Below, in pieces: positions 18,909 through 27,269 of a stretch of DNA of 52,413 nt. Position 1 is the stretch's first letter; every line of letters begins with the position of its first letter. Source of the DNA: an uncultured Clostridia bacterium (GTDB lineage: Bacteria > Bacillota > Clostridia > TANB77 > CAG-508); assembly GCA_934149115.1 (NCBI GenBank), contig CAKPDW010000001.1, positions 1-52,413 of the forward strand. Direction: 5' to 3'. Both the position numbers and the translations under genes were made by a program. Under the pieces are notes generated by a model. The model worked only from the letters and a program-made list of their open reading frames with translations. It was not told the DNA's origin and made no database searches.

Positions 18909-19091
18909 TTACCGCTCAAATATGTCGAAGTATTCTCTGAATGTCATGCCGTCTGCATCGTTTTCAATAACGTATTTTCCCATTTTGTCAAATACGTGTA
19001 GGAAGTATGTCCGCTGTAATTGCGATGATATTTGCATTAGTTCATATTTTAATGAGTCACTGTAGGTCATTTCCCAATAATCACTTGACAT
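18909..19091 (-). CDS. Hypothetical 60-aa acidic protein
   Basis: AAAGGAGGG lies 6-7 nt upstream of the ATG on the - strand. Codon usage differs from the neighbours, with C-ending codons aac, gac, ggc, ttc and tac. No family recognised. Confidence 0.6.
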   Translation of the reverse strand: MSSDYWEMTYSDSLKYELMQISSQLQRTYFLHVFDKMGKYVIENDADGMTFREYFDIFER

Positions 19092-19244
19092 ATGAATCCC
19101 TCCTTTGTGATTAAATATGAGTTGTTTTAATTATATAATGTTTTTTTATAATACACAATAAAAACATTGATATTATTTTTCTTTTAGTGTATCATAATAA
19201 AAGAGAAAAAGTGTTTGGTATATAAAAAATAGAAAGGATATGAA

Positions 19245-21293
19245 ATGGCTGATTTAACTAAAAATATACAATATGTAAAAGGTGTTGGGGAAGCAAGAGC
19301 AAAACTTTTAAATAGACTTGGAATTTTTGATTTGAATGATTTGATTACATATTATCCAAGAACATATGAGGATAGGAGTATTCCTAAAAAAATAGAAGAA
19401 CTTGTTGATGGTGAGGAGGCTTTAATTGAGGTTATGCCTATAACAAGGGTTAGTGAAGTTAGGATTAGAAGAAATATGACAATATTAAAGATGAATGCTA
19501 GGGATGATACTGGTATTTGTCAGATGACTTGGTTTAATCAATCTTATTTAAAGGGTATGTTTAAACCAGGGGAATATTATAAGTTTTATGGGAAAGTTTC
19601 TAAAAAAGGAAACAGAGTGGAAATGAGTTCTCCTGTATATGATAAGGCTGATGAAACTAAAAATACAGGACGAATAATTCCTGTTTATCCATCTACTTAT
19701 AAACTTTCTCAAACTATGTTAAGAAAGATTATTGAAAATGGGTTACATGAGATTGATGGAAAAATTGAAGAAAGCTTACCTGAATATTTAGTTGATGAGT
19801 ATAAATTATTGGATTTGAATACAGCTATTAATCAAATTCATTTTCCTGATAGTTTTGATGATTTTGAGTTGGCTAGAAAAAGATTGGTTTTTGAAGAATT
19901 ACTTTCTATGCAGATTGCTTTACTTGCATTGAAAAATCAGTATTCAAAAGAGAGAAGGGGAATTGTTTTTAGTAAAGATGCTAAAATGTCTGATGTTATA
20001 AATAAATTACCTTTTTCTTTGACTAAGGCTCAATTGAGAGTTTTAGAAGAAATTGATAATGATATGGAAAGCGAAAAACCAATGAATAGATTGCTTCAAG
20101 GTGATGTTGGTTCTGGAAAGACTGTTGTAGCTTTAATTGCTGCATATAAGTGTGTAAAAAGTGGATATCAATCTGCTATAATGGCTCCTACTGCTATTTT
20201 AGCAACTCAGCATTTGGAGAGTTTTACAGAGATTTTAAAAGATACAGGTATTAGATGCGAATTATTAATTAGTGGAATTACTAAGAAAAAGAAAGAGGAT
20301 ATTTTAAGAAGATTAGAAGCGGGTGAAATTGATATTCTAATTGGAACTCATGCTCTTTTAGAAGAAAATGTTGTTTTTCATAATTTGGGATTAGTTGTAA
20401 CTGATGAGCAACATAGGTTTGGAGTTAGACAAAGAAGTATTATAACAGAAAAGGGAAATAATCCTGATGTGCTAGTCATGACTGCGACTCCAATTCCACG
20501 TACATTAGCTCTAATTTTATATGGGGATTTGGATATTTCAATAATTGATGAGTTACCACCAAATAGAAAGAAAATTGAGACTTATGCTGTTACTAAAGGA
20601 ATGGATGAAAGAGTTAATAATTTTTTGAAACAACAAATTGATCAAGGAAGACAGGCTTATATTGTATGTCCTTTGGTTGAAGAAAATGAAGAAATAAATG
20701 CAAAGTCTGTTATGGAATTAGCAGAACATTATAAAAATAAGGTTTTTAAAGATTACAGAGTGGAATATTTACATGGAAAAATGAAAGCTAAAGAGAAAGA
20801 CGCAATAATGGAATCTTTTAAAAATGGCGATATTGATATTTTAATTTCTACAACTGTAATTGAGGTTGGTGTTAATGTTCCAAATAGTAATATTATGGTT
20901 GTAGAAAATGCAGAGAGATTTGGTTTGGCTCAGTTGCACCAGTTGAGAGGAAGGGTAGGTAGAGGAGAATACCAATCTTATTGCATATTAAAGTATAATG
21001 GAAATTCGCAAGTGATTCGTGAACGTATGAAGGTTATGACTTCTACAAATGATGGTTTTGTTATTTCTGAAAAAGATTTGGAATTACGTGGTACAGGTGA
21101 ATTTTTTGGTACAAAACAACATGGTCTTCCTGAATTTAAAATTGCTAACTTATTTGAAGATATAGGAACTTTAAAATCTGTTCAAGCTATTGCAATAAAA
21201 ATAATTAATGATGATCCGAAACTAGAGAAAGAAAAGAATAAATCTTTAAAAAAGGTAGTTGATGAAAAGTTTGGTAATCGAATTGAGATTTAA
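19245..21293 (+). CDS. recG: ATP-dependent DNA helicase RecG
   Basis: Wedge/OB N-domain, GDVGSGKT Walker A, DEQHRFG box, and C-terminal TRG region. Confidence 0.95.
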   Translation: MADLTKNIQYVKGVGEARAKLLNRLGIFDLNDLITYYPRTYEDRSIPKKIEELVDGEEALIEVMPITRVSEVRIRRNMTILKMNARDDTGICQMTWFNQSYLKGMFKPGEYYKFYGKVSKKGNRVEMSSPVYDKADETKNTGRIIPVYPSTYKLSQTMLRKIIENGLHEIDGKIEESLPEYLVDEYKLLDLNTAINQIHFPDSFDDFELARKRLVFEELLSMQIALLALKNQYSKERRGIVFSKDAKMSDVINKLPFSLTKAQLRVLEEIDNDMESEKPMNRLLQGDVGSGKTVVALIAAYKCVKSGYQSAIMAPTAILATQHLESFTEILKDTGIRCELLISGITKKKKEDILRRLEAGEIDILIGTHALLEENVVFHNLGLVVTDEQHRFGVRQRSIITEKGNNPDVLVMTATPIPRTLALILYGDLDISIIDELPPNRKKIETYAVTKGMDERVNNFLKQQIDQGRQAYIVCPLVEENEEINAKSVMELAEHYKNKVFKDYRVEYLHGKMKAKEKDAIMESFKNGDIDILISTTVIEVGVNVPNSNIMVVENAERFGLAQLHQLRGRVGRGEYQSYCILKYNGNSQVIRERMKVMTSTNDGFVISEKDLELRGTGEFFGTKQHGLPEFKIANLFEDIGTLKSVQAIAIKIINDDPKLEKEKNKSLKKVVDEKFGNRIEI

Positions 21294-21398
21294 AATATTG
21301 TGCTGAAAGATATTGTATGATATAGAATATTTTTGAAAAATAAAGATGTAAAATATAGTAAAATGTCGAAAATTGCGATGAAATCAATACTTTTGGGG

Positions 21399-21427
21399 TT
21401 GATTTCTTGGAAAAATGATGTTATAAT
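21399..21427 (+). promoter_or_regulatory. Putative promoter of the orphan gene 21492..22166
   Basis: TTGATT at 21399-21404, a 17-nt spacer, and TATAAT at 21422-21427 with a TGT extended -10. Confidence 0.6.
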
Positions 21428-21491
21428 ATTATTGTTGACATAATATTAGCAACGGGCAAGTTTGCCTAAGAGAAAGCATGAGGTAATAAAA

Positions 21492-22166
21492 ATGCGAGAA
21501 GACGGAACTAGAGTATTAAGAGTTAATTATGACACAGGTAGATTACATTCAGCAATAGCTGTTGCAATGAGAAGAAAACAGATTCCAAACAATATGCTTG
21601 GATATGATATTATTCGGGGCACGGTATATGGAATGTTGGATCATCCGGAGTATCTGCTTGATAGAGCATTAGCTCGAGCAATTGAGTGCTCGAAAATTCC
21701 AGGTGATGTTGAAACATTTGCTGATGGTTTCAGTATGGCTTTTGAGTGTATTGATACAGTACTTAGAGATGAGGATTTTTACGATAAGGAAGATGGTAGA
21801 AGTTTAACAGAAACCGAAATTGTAAGACGTGTAATCACAGGTATTGTTGAAGACATTCACAAAGAATATGCGTATTCTGTAACTGTTAACTTTTTAAAAG
21901 AGGCACATGTTGATGAGAGTATCCAGTCAGAAATTTTGAAAAATATGATTTTCAAAAAACTGGTAGCAGATGAGTCAACGAAAAAGTGTATTTATGAATT
22001 CGCTTTTAAAAAGGCATTTGTTGCAGATAATGCACTTCCAGAAGAAAAGACTGAGGAAGTAATTAACGAAACTCTTAAAGGTTTCATTCCAGAAGGAAAA
22101 GAACCTTATGAGTACGTTCTTGAATGTGTAGATAAAATCTATGCAGAGAATGAGAAAGACGCATAA
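21492..22166 (+). CDS. Hypothetical soluble acidic protein (224 aa) with visibly higher GC than its neighbours
   Basis: ATG 21492 lies 7 nt after GAGGT. The gene has its own promoter and terminator. No motif recognised. Confidence 0.7.
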   Translation: MREDGTRVLRVNYDTGRLHSAIAVAMRRKQIPNNMLGYDIIRGTVYGMLDHPEYLLDRALARAIECSKIPGDVETFADGFSMAFECIDTVLRDEDFYDKEDGRSLTETEIVRRVITGIVEDIHKEYAYSVTVNFLKEAHVDESIQSEILKNMIFKKLVADESTKKCIYEFAFKKAFVADNALPEEKTEEVINETLKGFIPEGKEPYEYVLECVDKIYAENEKDA

Positions 22167-22186
22167 AATAATTTTCCAGCATTTAG

Positions 22187-22224
22187 AAAGAGCCTACCAC
22201 AAAATTTGTGGCAGGCTCTTTTCG
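22187..22224 (+). terminator. Intrinsic terminator
   Basis: AAAGAGCCTACCAC-AAAATTT-GTGGCAGGCTCTTT with one mismatch and a short T tail. Confidence 0.55.
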
Positions 22225-22260
22225 GTAATATAGGAGATAAAATTTTGAAATTGCAAAGGA

Positions 22261-22289
22261 TTGACTTTTTTGTAGAAAGTATGTATAAT
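22261..22289 (+). promoter_or_regulatory. Near-consensus promoter
   Basis: TTGACT at 22261-22266, a 17-nt spacer, and TATAAT at 22284-22289. Confidence 0.6.
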
Positions 22290-22323
22290 GCTTATATATT
22301 TAGAGTAAAAAAGGATGTAGAAA

Positions 22324-22512
22324 ATGAATTTATTTTTGAAATTTTTAGGTGCAATATTTGTTTTAGTAGGAGTAATTTTAATTTATGATGCAAGACCTAT
22401 AACTAAAAAATTTTTTAGTTTTGGGGATCAAAACGAAGGTGCACTTGGACTAAAGATGTTTGGATTTATTTTTACAGTTATTGGTGGAGTAATACTATTA
22501 TTTTACCTATAA
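22324..22512 (+). CDS. Hypothetical 62-aa protein with two TM helices
   Basis: An AAGGA SD precedes the ATG. Two hydrophobic helices flank a short loop. The ORF sits between a promoter and a terminator. Confidence 0.55.
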   Translation: MNLFLKFLGAIFVLVGVILIYDARPITKKFFSFGDQNEGALGLKMFGFIFTVIGGVILLFYL

Positions 22513-22533
22513 TATAAAAGAATAATAATATCT

Positions 22534-22565
22534 AAACAGGGAATAAATTGTTCCTGTTTTTTTTT
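22534..22565 (+). terminator. Intrinsic terminator
   Basis: AAACAGGGA pairs with TTCCTGTTT, followed by a long T-run. Confidence 0.6.
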
Positions 22566-22663
22566 CTCTAAAATTTATATATTGCGAAAAAAATTTTCGT
22601 AATATTAAATAAATTTTTTAATAAAATTATGTAGAAACTTTAACGGAAAGGAGAGAATAAGTT

Positions 22664-24313
22664 ATGAGGATCACATTTGAAAACAAAATTTTTGAAACTA
22701 GCAAACCTGTTAAAGTAGTAGAGATTTTGAAAGATGATATTAAGGAAAATCATATTGCTTGTATTGTAAACAATCAGGTGCATTCTCTTAATTATGAGAT
22801 AAAGGAGGATGCAGAAGTATCTTTATTAGATGCAAGTTCTAAAGAAGGTAGAAGTGTATATATTAGAGGTATTATGTATGTAATGGGAAAAGCTTTTTAT
22901 GAGTTATACCCAAAAGCATTGTTGACTGTTGATTATCAGTTGCATAATGCTATGTTTTGTCAGATTGATAACATGGAAATAACTGAAGAAGTAATTTCTA
23001 ATGTTAAGAAAAAAATGCAAGAAATTATTGATGCTAAATTACCAATTACAAAAACTGTTATGACTTTGGAAGAAGCTAAAGCTTTTTATAATCATAGTAA
23101 AAATGCATATGGAAAGTTCCAGGTTAGCAGTAAAGCTAAAAAGGTTTCTTTGTATTTTTGCGAAGATTATTATAACTATTTATATGGTCCAATGCCTATA
23201 AATACTGGAATGGTGCCATATTTTGATGTTCAAAGTTATAAAGATGGTTATTTAGTTCGCTATCCAGATAAAACAACACCAACAAAGATGGGAAAATATC
23301 AGGAAACAAAGAAAATGTTTGCTACATTTGATGAATATGAAGATATTTATAGATTATTAAATGTGCAAACTGTGAAGAAGCTTAATAGAAAAGTTGAAAG
23401 TGGAGAAATTAATGATTTTATTTTACTTTCTGAAGCTTTACACGAAAAGAAAATCTCTATATTGGCAGATAAGATTTGCAGAAGAAAAAATGTAAAAATG
23501 ATTTTGATTGCAGGTCCATCTTCTTCAGGTAAAACTACTTTTGCAAGAAAATTATCTTTAGCTCTTAGATTAAATGGGTTAAAACCTGTTACTATTTCTG
23601 TTGATAATTATTTTGTTGAAAGAGAAGATACACCAAAAGATGAATTCGGAAACTATGACTTCGAACGTATTGAAACTATTGACTTAAAGCTATTTAATGA
23701 CCATTTGGTTAAGTTATTAAATGGTGAAACAATTGAAGTTCCAAAGTTTGATTTCAAAGTTGGAACTAAAAGATATGATGGAACAACTATGTCTTTAGGT
23801 AAAGATGATATTCTTGTAATCGAAGGAATTCATTGTTTGAATGATAGATTAACTCAGGCTATTCCTAAAGATGAGAAAGTTAAAATCTACATTAGTGATT
23901 TGACTGTTTTAAATATTGATTATTTTAACAGGATTTCCACTACAGATACTCGTTTAATAAGAAGAATTGTAAGAGATTACAAATTCAGAGGTTATGATGC
24001 TTTAAGTACTTTAAGAACATGGTATTCTGTAAATAGAGGAGAGGAGAAATATATTTATCCATATCAAGAGGAGGCTGACTATATGTTTAATTCCTCACTT
24101 ATTTACGAATTAGCTGTTCAGAAAAAGTATGCGATACCATTATTAAAAGAGATTGACTGTACGCATAAAGAGTATGGAGAAGCTCAGAGGTTGATTGAAT
24201 TTTTAGAGTATTTTGATGATATTCCAGATGACGATATTCCTAATACTTCATTGTTAAGAGAGTTTATAGGTGGAAGCATTTATCATAAGGAGAAAAAGAA
24301 AAAAGATGTCTAA
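22664..24313 (+). CDS. Uridine/cytidine kinase-family nucleoside kinase with an N-terminal TGS/ThrRS-like extension
   Basis: The C-terminal half carries the P-loop GPSSSGKTTFARKL plus VIEGIHCLN and RRIVRDYKFRG, as in Udk. The ~270-aa N-terminal region resembles the TGS plus second-additional-domain module. This architecture is common in Clostridia. Confidence 0.8.
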   Translation: MRITFENKIFETSKPVKVVEILKDDIKENHIACIVNNQVHSLNYEIKEDAEVSLLDASSKEGRSVYIRGIMYVMGKAFYELYPKALLTVDYQLHNAMFCQIDNMEITEEVISNVKKKMQEIIDAKLPITKTVMTLEEAKAFYNHSKNAYGKFQVSSKAKKVSLYFCEDYYNYLYGPMPINTGMVPYFDVQSYKDGYLVRYPDKTTPTKMGKYQETKKMFATFDEYEDIYRLLNVQTVKKLNRKVESGEINDFILLSEALHEKKISILADKICRRKNVKMILIAGPSSSGKTTFARKLSLALRLNGLKPVTISVDNYFVEREDTPKDEFGNYDFERIETIDLKLFNDHLVKLLNGETIEVPKFDFKVGTKRYDGTTMSLGKDDILVIEGIHCLNDRLTQAIPKDEKVKIYISDLTVLNIDYFNRISTTDTRLIRRIVRDYKFRGYDALSTLRTWYSVNRGEEKYIYPYQEEADYMFNSSLIYELAVQKKYAIPLLKEIDCTHKEYGEAQRLIEFLEYFDDIPDDDIPNTSLLREFIGGSIYHKEKKKKDV

Positions 24314-24612
24314 TTTTGTAGTTATTGATGAAGAATTTGTATGTGATAATTGTCGGTTTCCATGTCCCAAAGCTTGGATATTCATGTAGAAACCATTGCC
24401 CCAAGTGTTTACATTCTAAACATGTTGATATAAATCCTGGAGATAGGGCAGAGACTTGTCACGGTGATTTAGAACCGATTGGTTTAGAAATTGGTAAAAA
24501 AGGATATGTTATCATATTTAAGTGTAAGAAATGTGGTGCAATCCGAAAGAATAAAGTAGCAAATGATGATGATATGAATTTGATTATTAAATTAAGTACA
24601 AAACAATATTAG
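24306..24612 (+). pseudogene. RNHCP-domain zinc-ribbon protein gene interrupted by a 1-nt frameshift
   Basis: Frame 0 from ATG 24306 (overlapping the upstream stop) encodes MSNFVVIDEEFVCDNC and then stops at 24387. Frame +1 encodes GFHVPKLGYSCRNHCPKCLHSKHVDINPGDR...CKKCG through to 24612. Removing c24354 would join them into one CxxC...RNHCPxC protein. Confidence 0.6.
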
Positions 24613-24616
24613 TCCT

Positions 24617-24649
24617 AAAAATGTCGCTAGTTTTCTAGCGACATTTTTT
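24617..24649. terminator. Bidirectional intrinsic terminator
   Basis: AAAATGTCGCTAG-TTTT-CTAGCGACATTTT forms a perfect stem flanked by A and T runs, between convergent genes. Confidence 0.85.
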
Positions 24650-24658
24650 GAGCTTAGG

Positions 24659-27073
24659 TTAAACATTTCTGTTTAAGTTTGTGTTTGTATATATGTTTCC
24701 GTTAAGTTTTTTTCCACTTTTAAAAACGTTTATAATTTCCTGAATTTCTGGAATTGTTTCTTCTAGAATGTCTAATCTAATTGATGCATTTGGAAATTCT
24801 GATGGTGCTATTGATGTTATTTTTGAGTTGTATAATGTTGATACTGTTTGTGTATTATCAAGAATTAAAGGAAATTTTAAATTCATACGGTCTTTTAAAT
24901 AATATCTATTTTCTGTTGCACAGTTCATTGAGCATTCTGGATAACAATGGTTGCTTTTTCCTAATGGGCAATAGTTCATATTCATTAATGGGATTCTGCC
25001 ATAACATATTAATTCTTGATTTGATATTTCTGCAAATTCTGTGATAGTTTGTTTATCTAATTCAGGGGAGATTGTTAATTTGTTTATTCCTAATTTTTGT
25101 AATTCTTGTATTGTGTATTTGTTGAATATATTGAATGTATAATTTGCAATAAATTCAAAATTATCACAATTAAAATCTTGCAGAAATTTAAAATTAGAAA
25201 TATTTGAAAGAACAAATCCTTTGACATTATATTTTGTAATTGTGTTTTCAATGTTTGTTATTATTATATTTCTATAATTTGCTTTTATTATTGTAGGTAA
25301 ATATATGTATGTTTTGAATTTATGACTTATATTAGAAATTATTGATTCATATTTTTTTAGAGTAAAGAATTTTAGGGGAATGTATATGTTATCAATTCCT
25401 TCTAATATTTCATAATTTGCTGTTTCATCTAATTTATTTAATAGTAATGATATTGTTTTATTTTGATTATGATGTTTGCTAACGACAATATTTTCTAAAG
25501 AAGAATTAGATTTTTTTTGTATTTTATTTTTAGCAAATTGTTCTACTAAATCAAGTGATGTACGTCTTAATTCATTTAATGATTTTATGTTTGGTAGAAA
25601 GGTATTTTCATCTAATTTTATTTTTATATTTTTAAAATAGTATGGTGTGTTGTTTGTTTTTGTGATTTGAGATAAAACTTTTTCTTTATCTAGTGGGTGA
25701 TTGATTGAATCTGTGGGGATTGAATCAATTTCACAATAAATGTCTAGTTTTCTATAAATATCTATATCACAGGCTTGGCTTATATGCATTGAAATAGGTG
25801 AGTTTTTAACGATTTTTACTTCACAATTTAATGGTATTTTTTTTGTTTGTACATCTTTTTCAAATGTGGAACGTGCCTGAGTGTTTAAAGATTTTGAGGA
25901 CATTTTATAAATTTTATCTCCAACTTTTATATTTCCTTTCATTCTGCCTATAGTTACTATAGTGCCTGCTTGAGCTGATTTTATATTTTCATTTTTTTGT
26001 ATTAATTCAGAAATTGTGTATGTACCTGTTTCTTTCTCTGTTGAAATTGTATCTCCGATTTCTAGTACTTCATTTAAGTTTAGCGTAATTAGTCCTTTTG
26101 TTTGATTATATTTTGATATGTATCCTAGAAATAATCCCATGTTATTTGGTTTTTCTGGATATATTAATTTTTTATTTGCATGAGTATCTAGGTGGCCAGA
26201 GGAGAAGTTTCCTCTGTTAAATACTTGCATTAAGTCTTTTTTATCTTTTTCATCTATTTTATAGTCTGAATTTGATTGTGCTAAATCAATATATTTTCTA
26301 TATATTCTTGTTACTGTTGCTACATATTCTGGAGATTTCATTCTGCCTTCTATTTTTAGAGAAGCTACTCCACAGTTTATTAATCTTGGTATGTATTCTA
26401 ATGAGCATAAATCACGAGTACTTAGAAGATAGCCTTTATCTAGTATTGTATTATCGTTTTCGATTAATTCATAGGGAAGTCTACAACTTTGTGCACATGT
26501 GCCTCTATTTCCTGAGCGTCCACCTACTAGGCTTGAGAAAAGGCATTGTCCTGAATATGATATGCAAAGTGCACCATGGATGAAACATTCTATTTCAATG
26601 TCTGTGTTTTGGCAAATATATTCTATTTCAGAGATTGATAATTCACGAGATAGAACGACTCTTGAAAATCCTAGTTCTTGTAATTCTAAAGCTCCTTGCA
26701 AATTATGTACTGACATTTGTGTGCTAGCGTGTATTGGTAAATCAGGAAATGCTTTTATTAGTTGTTTTGCTAGTCCAAGGTCTTGGACGATTATTGCATC
26801 AATTCCTAATTCATATGCTTTTTTTGCTGTATTAAATGCTGATTCTATTTCATCATCTTTTATTAATGTATTTAATGTTAAATTTGTTTTTACTCCTCTA
26901 ATTTTGCAGTATTCAATTGCTTTTTCTAGTTCTTGTTCTTGAAAATTATGTGCGTAGGCTCTTGCACTAAATGAATCTGCTCCAAAATATATGCAGTTAG
27001 CACCATTTTGTACTGCTGATTTTAAACATTCAAAATCACCTGCTGGTGATAGTAGTTCTAAATTGGGTTTCAT
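24659..27073 (-). CDS. U32 family peptidase-like protein (long form, 804 aa)
   Basis: The U32 signature ECFIHGALCISYSGQCLFSSLVGGRSGNRGTCAQSCRLPY is present, along with a TIM-barrel-like N-half and a long C-terminal extension. Confidence 0.85.
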   Translation of the reverse strand: MKPNLELLSPAGDFECLKSAVQNGANCIYFGADSFSARAYAHNFQEQELEKAIEYCKIRGVKTNLTLNTLIKDDEIESAFNTAKKAYELGIDAIIVQDLGLAKQLIKAFPDLPIHASTQMSVHNLQGALELQELGFSRVVLSRELSISEIEYICQNTDIEIECFIHGALCISYSGQCLFSSLVGGRSGNRGTCAQSCRLPYELIENDNTILDKGYLLSTRDLCSLEYIPRLINCGVASLKIEGRMKSPEYVATVTRIYRKYIDLAQSNSDYKIDEKDKKDLMQVFNRGNFSSGHLDTHANKKLIYPEKPNNMGLFLGYISKYNQTKGLITLNLNEVLEIGDTISTEKETGTYTISELIQKNENIKSAQAGTIVTIGRMKGNIKVGDKIYKMSSKSLNTQARSTFEKDVQTKKIPLNCEVKIVKNSPISMHISQACDIDIYRKLDIYCEIDSIPTDSINHPLDKEKVLSQITKTNNTPYYFKNIKIKLDENTFLPNIKSLNELRRTSLDLVEQFAKNKIQKKSNSSLENIVVSKHHNQNKTISLLLNKLDETANYEILEGIDNIYIPLKFFTLKKYESIISNISHKFKTYIYLPTIIKANYRNIIITNIENTITKYNVKGFVLSNISNFKFLQDFNCDNFEFIANYTFNIFNKYTIQELQKLGINKLTISPELDKQTITEFAEISNQELICYGRIPLMNMNYCPLGKSNHCYPECSMNCATENRYYLKDRMNLKFPLILDNTQTVSTLYNSKITSIAPSEFPNASIRLDILEETIPEIQEIINVFKSGKKLNGNIYTNTNLNRNV

Positions 27074-27269
27074 TTTTTATTCCTTTCAAAATTTTATATA
27101 TAAAATTATATCATAAAAATTTGAAATTTTCTTGTTTTGTAAAGAGTGTTTTTTATATTTTAGAAAATTTTTTGTAACATAAATAATATATTTAATTTGT
27201 TGACTAAGAAAATTGTATAATATATACTAATTATGTAGAAAAAGCCAAGTTTATGGCAAGGAGGAACAA

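Noticed and set aside
22206-22388. 60-aa ORF between the orphan gene and the small membrane protein
   Set aside because: It starts inside the terminator stem, runs across the TTGACT-17-TATAAT promoter, and overlaps the SD-preceded ORF at 22324. It has no SD of its own.
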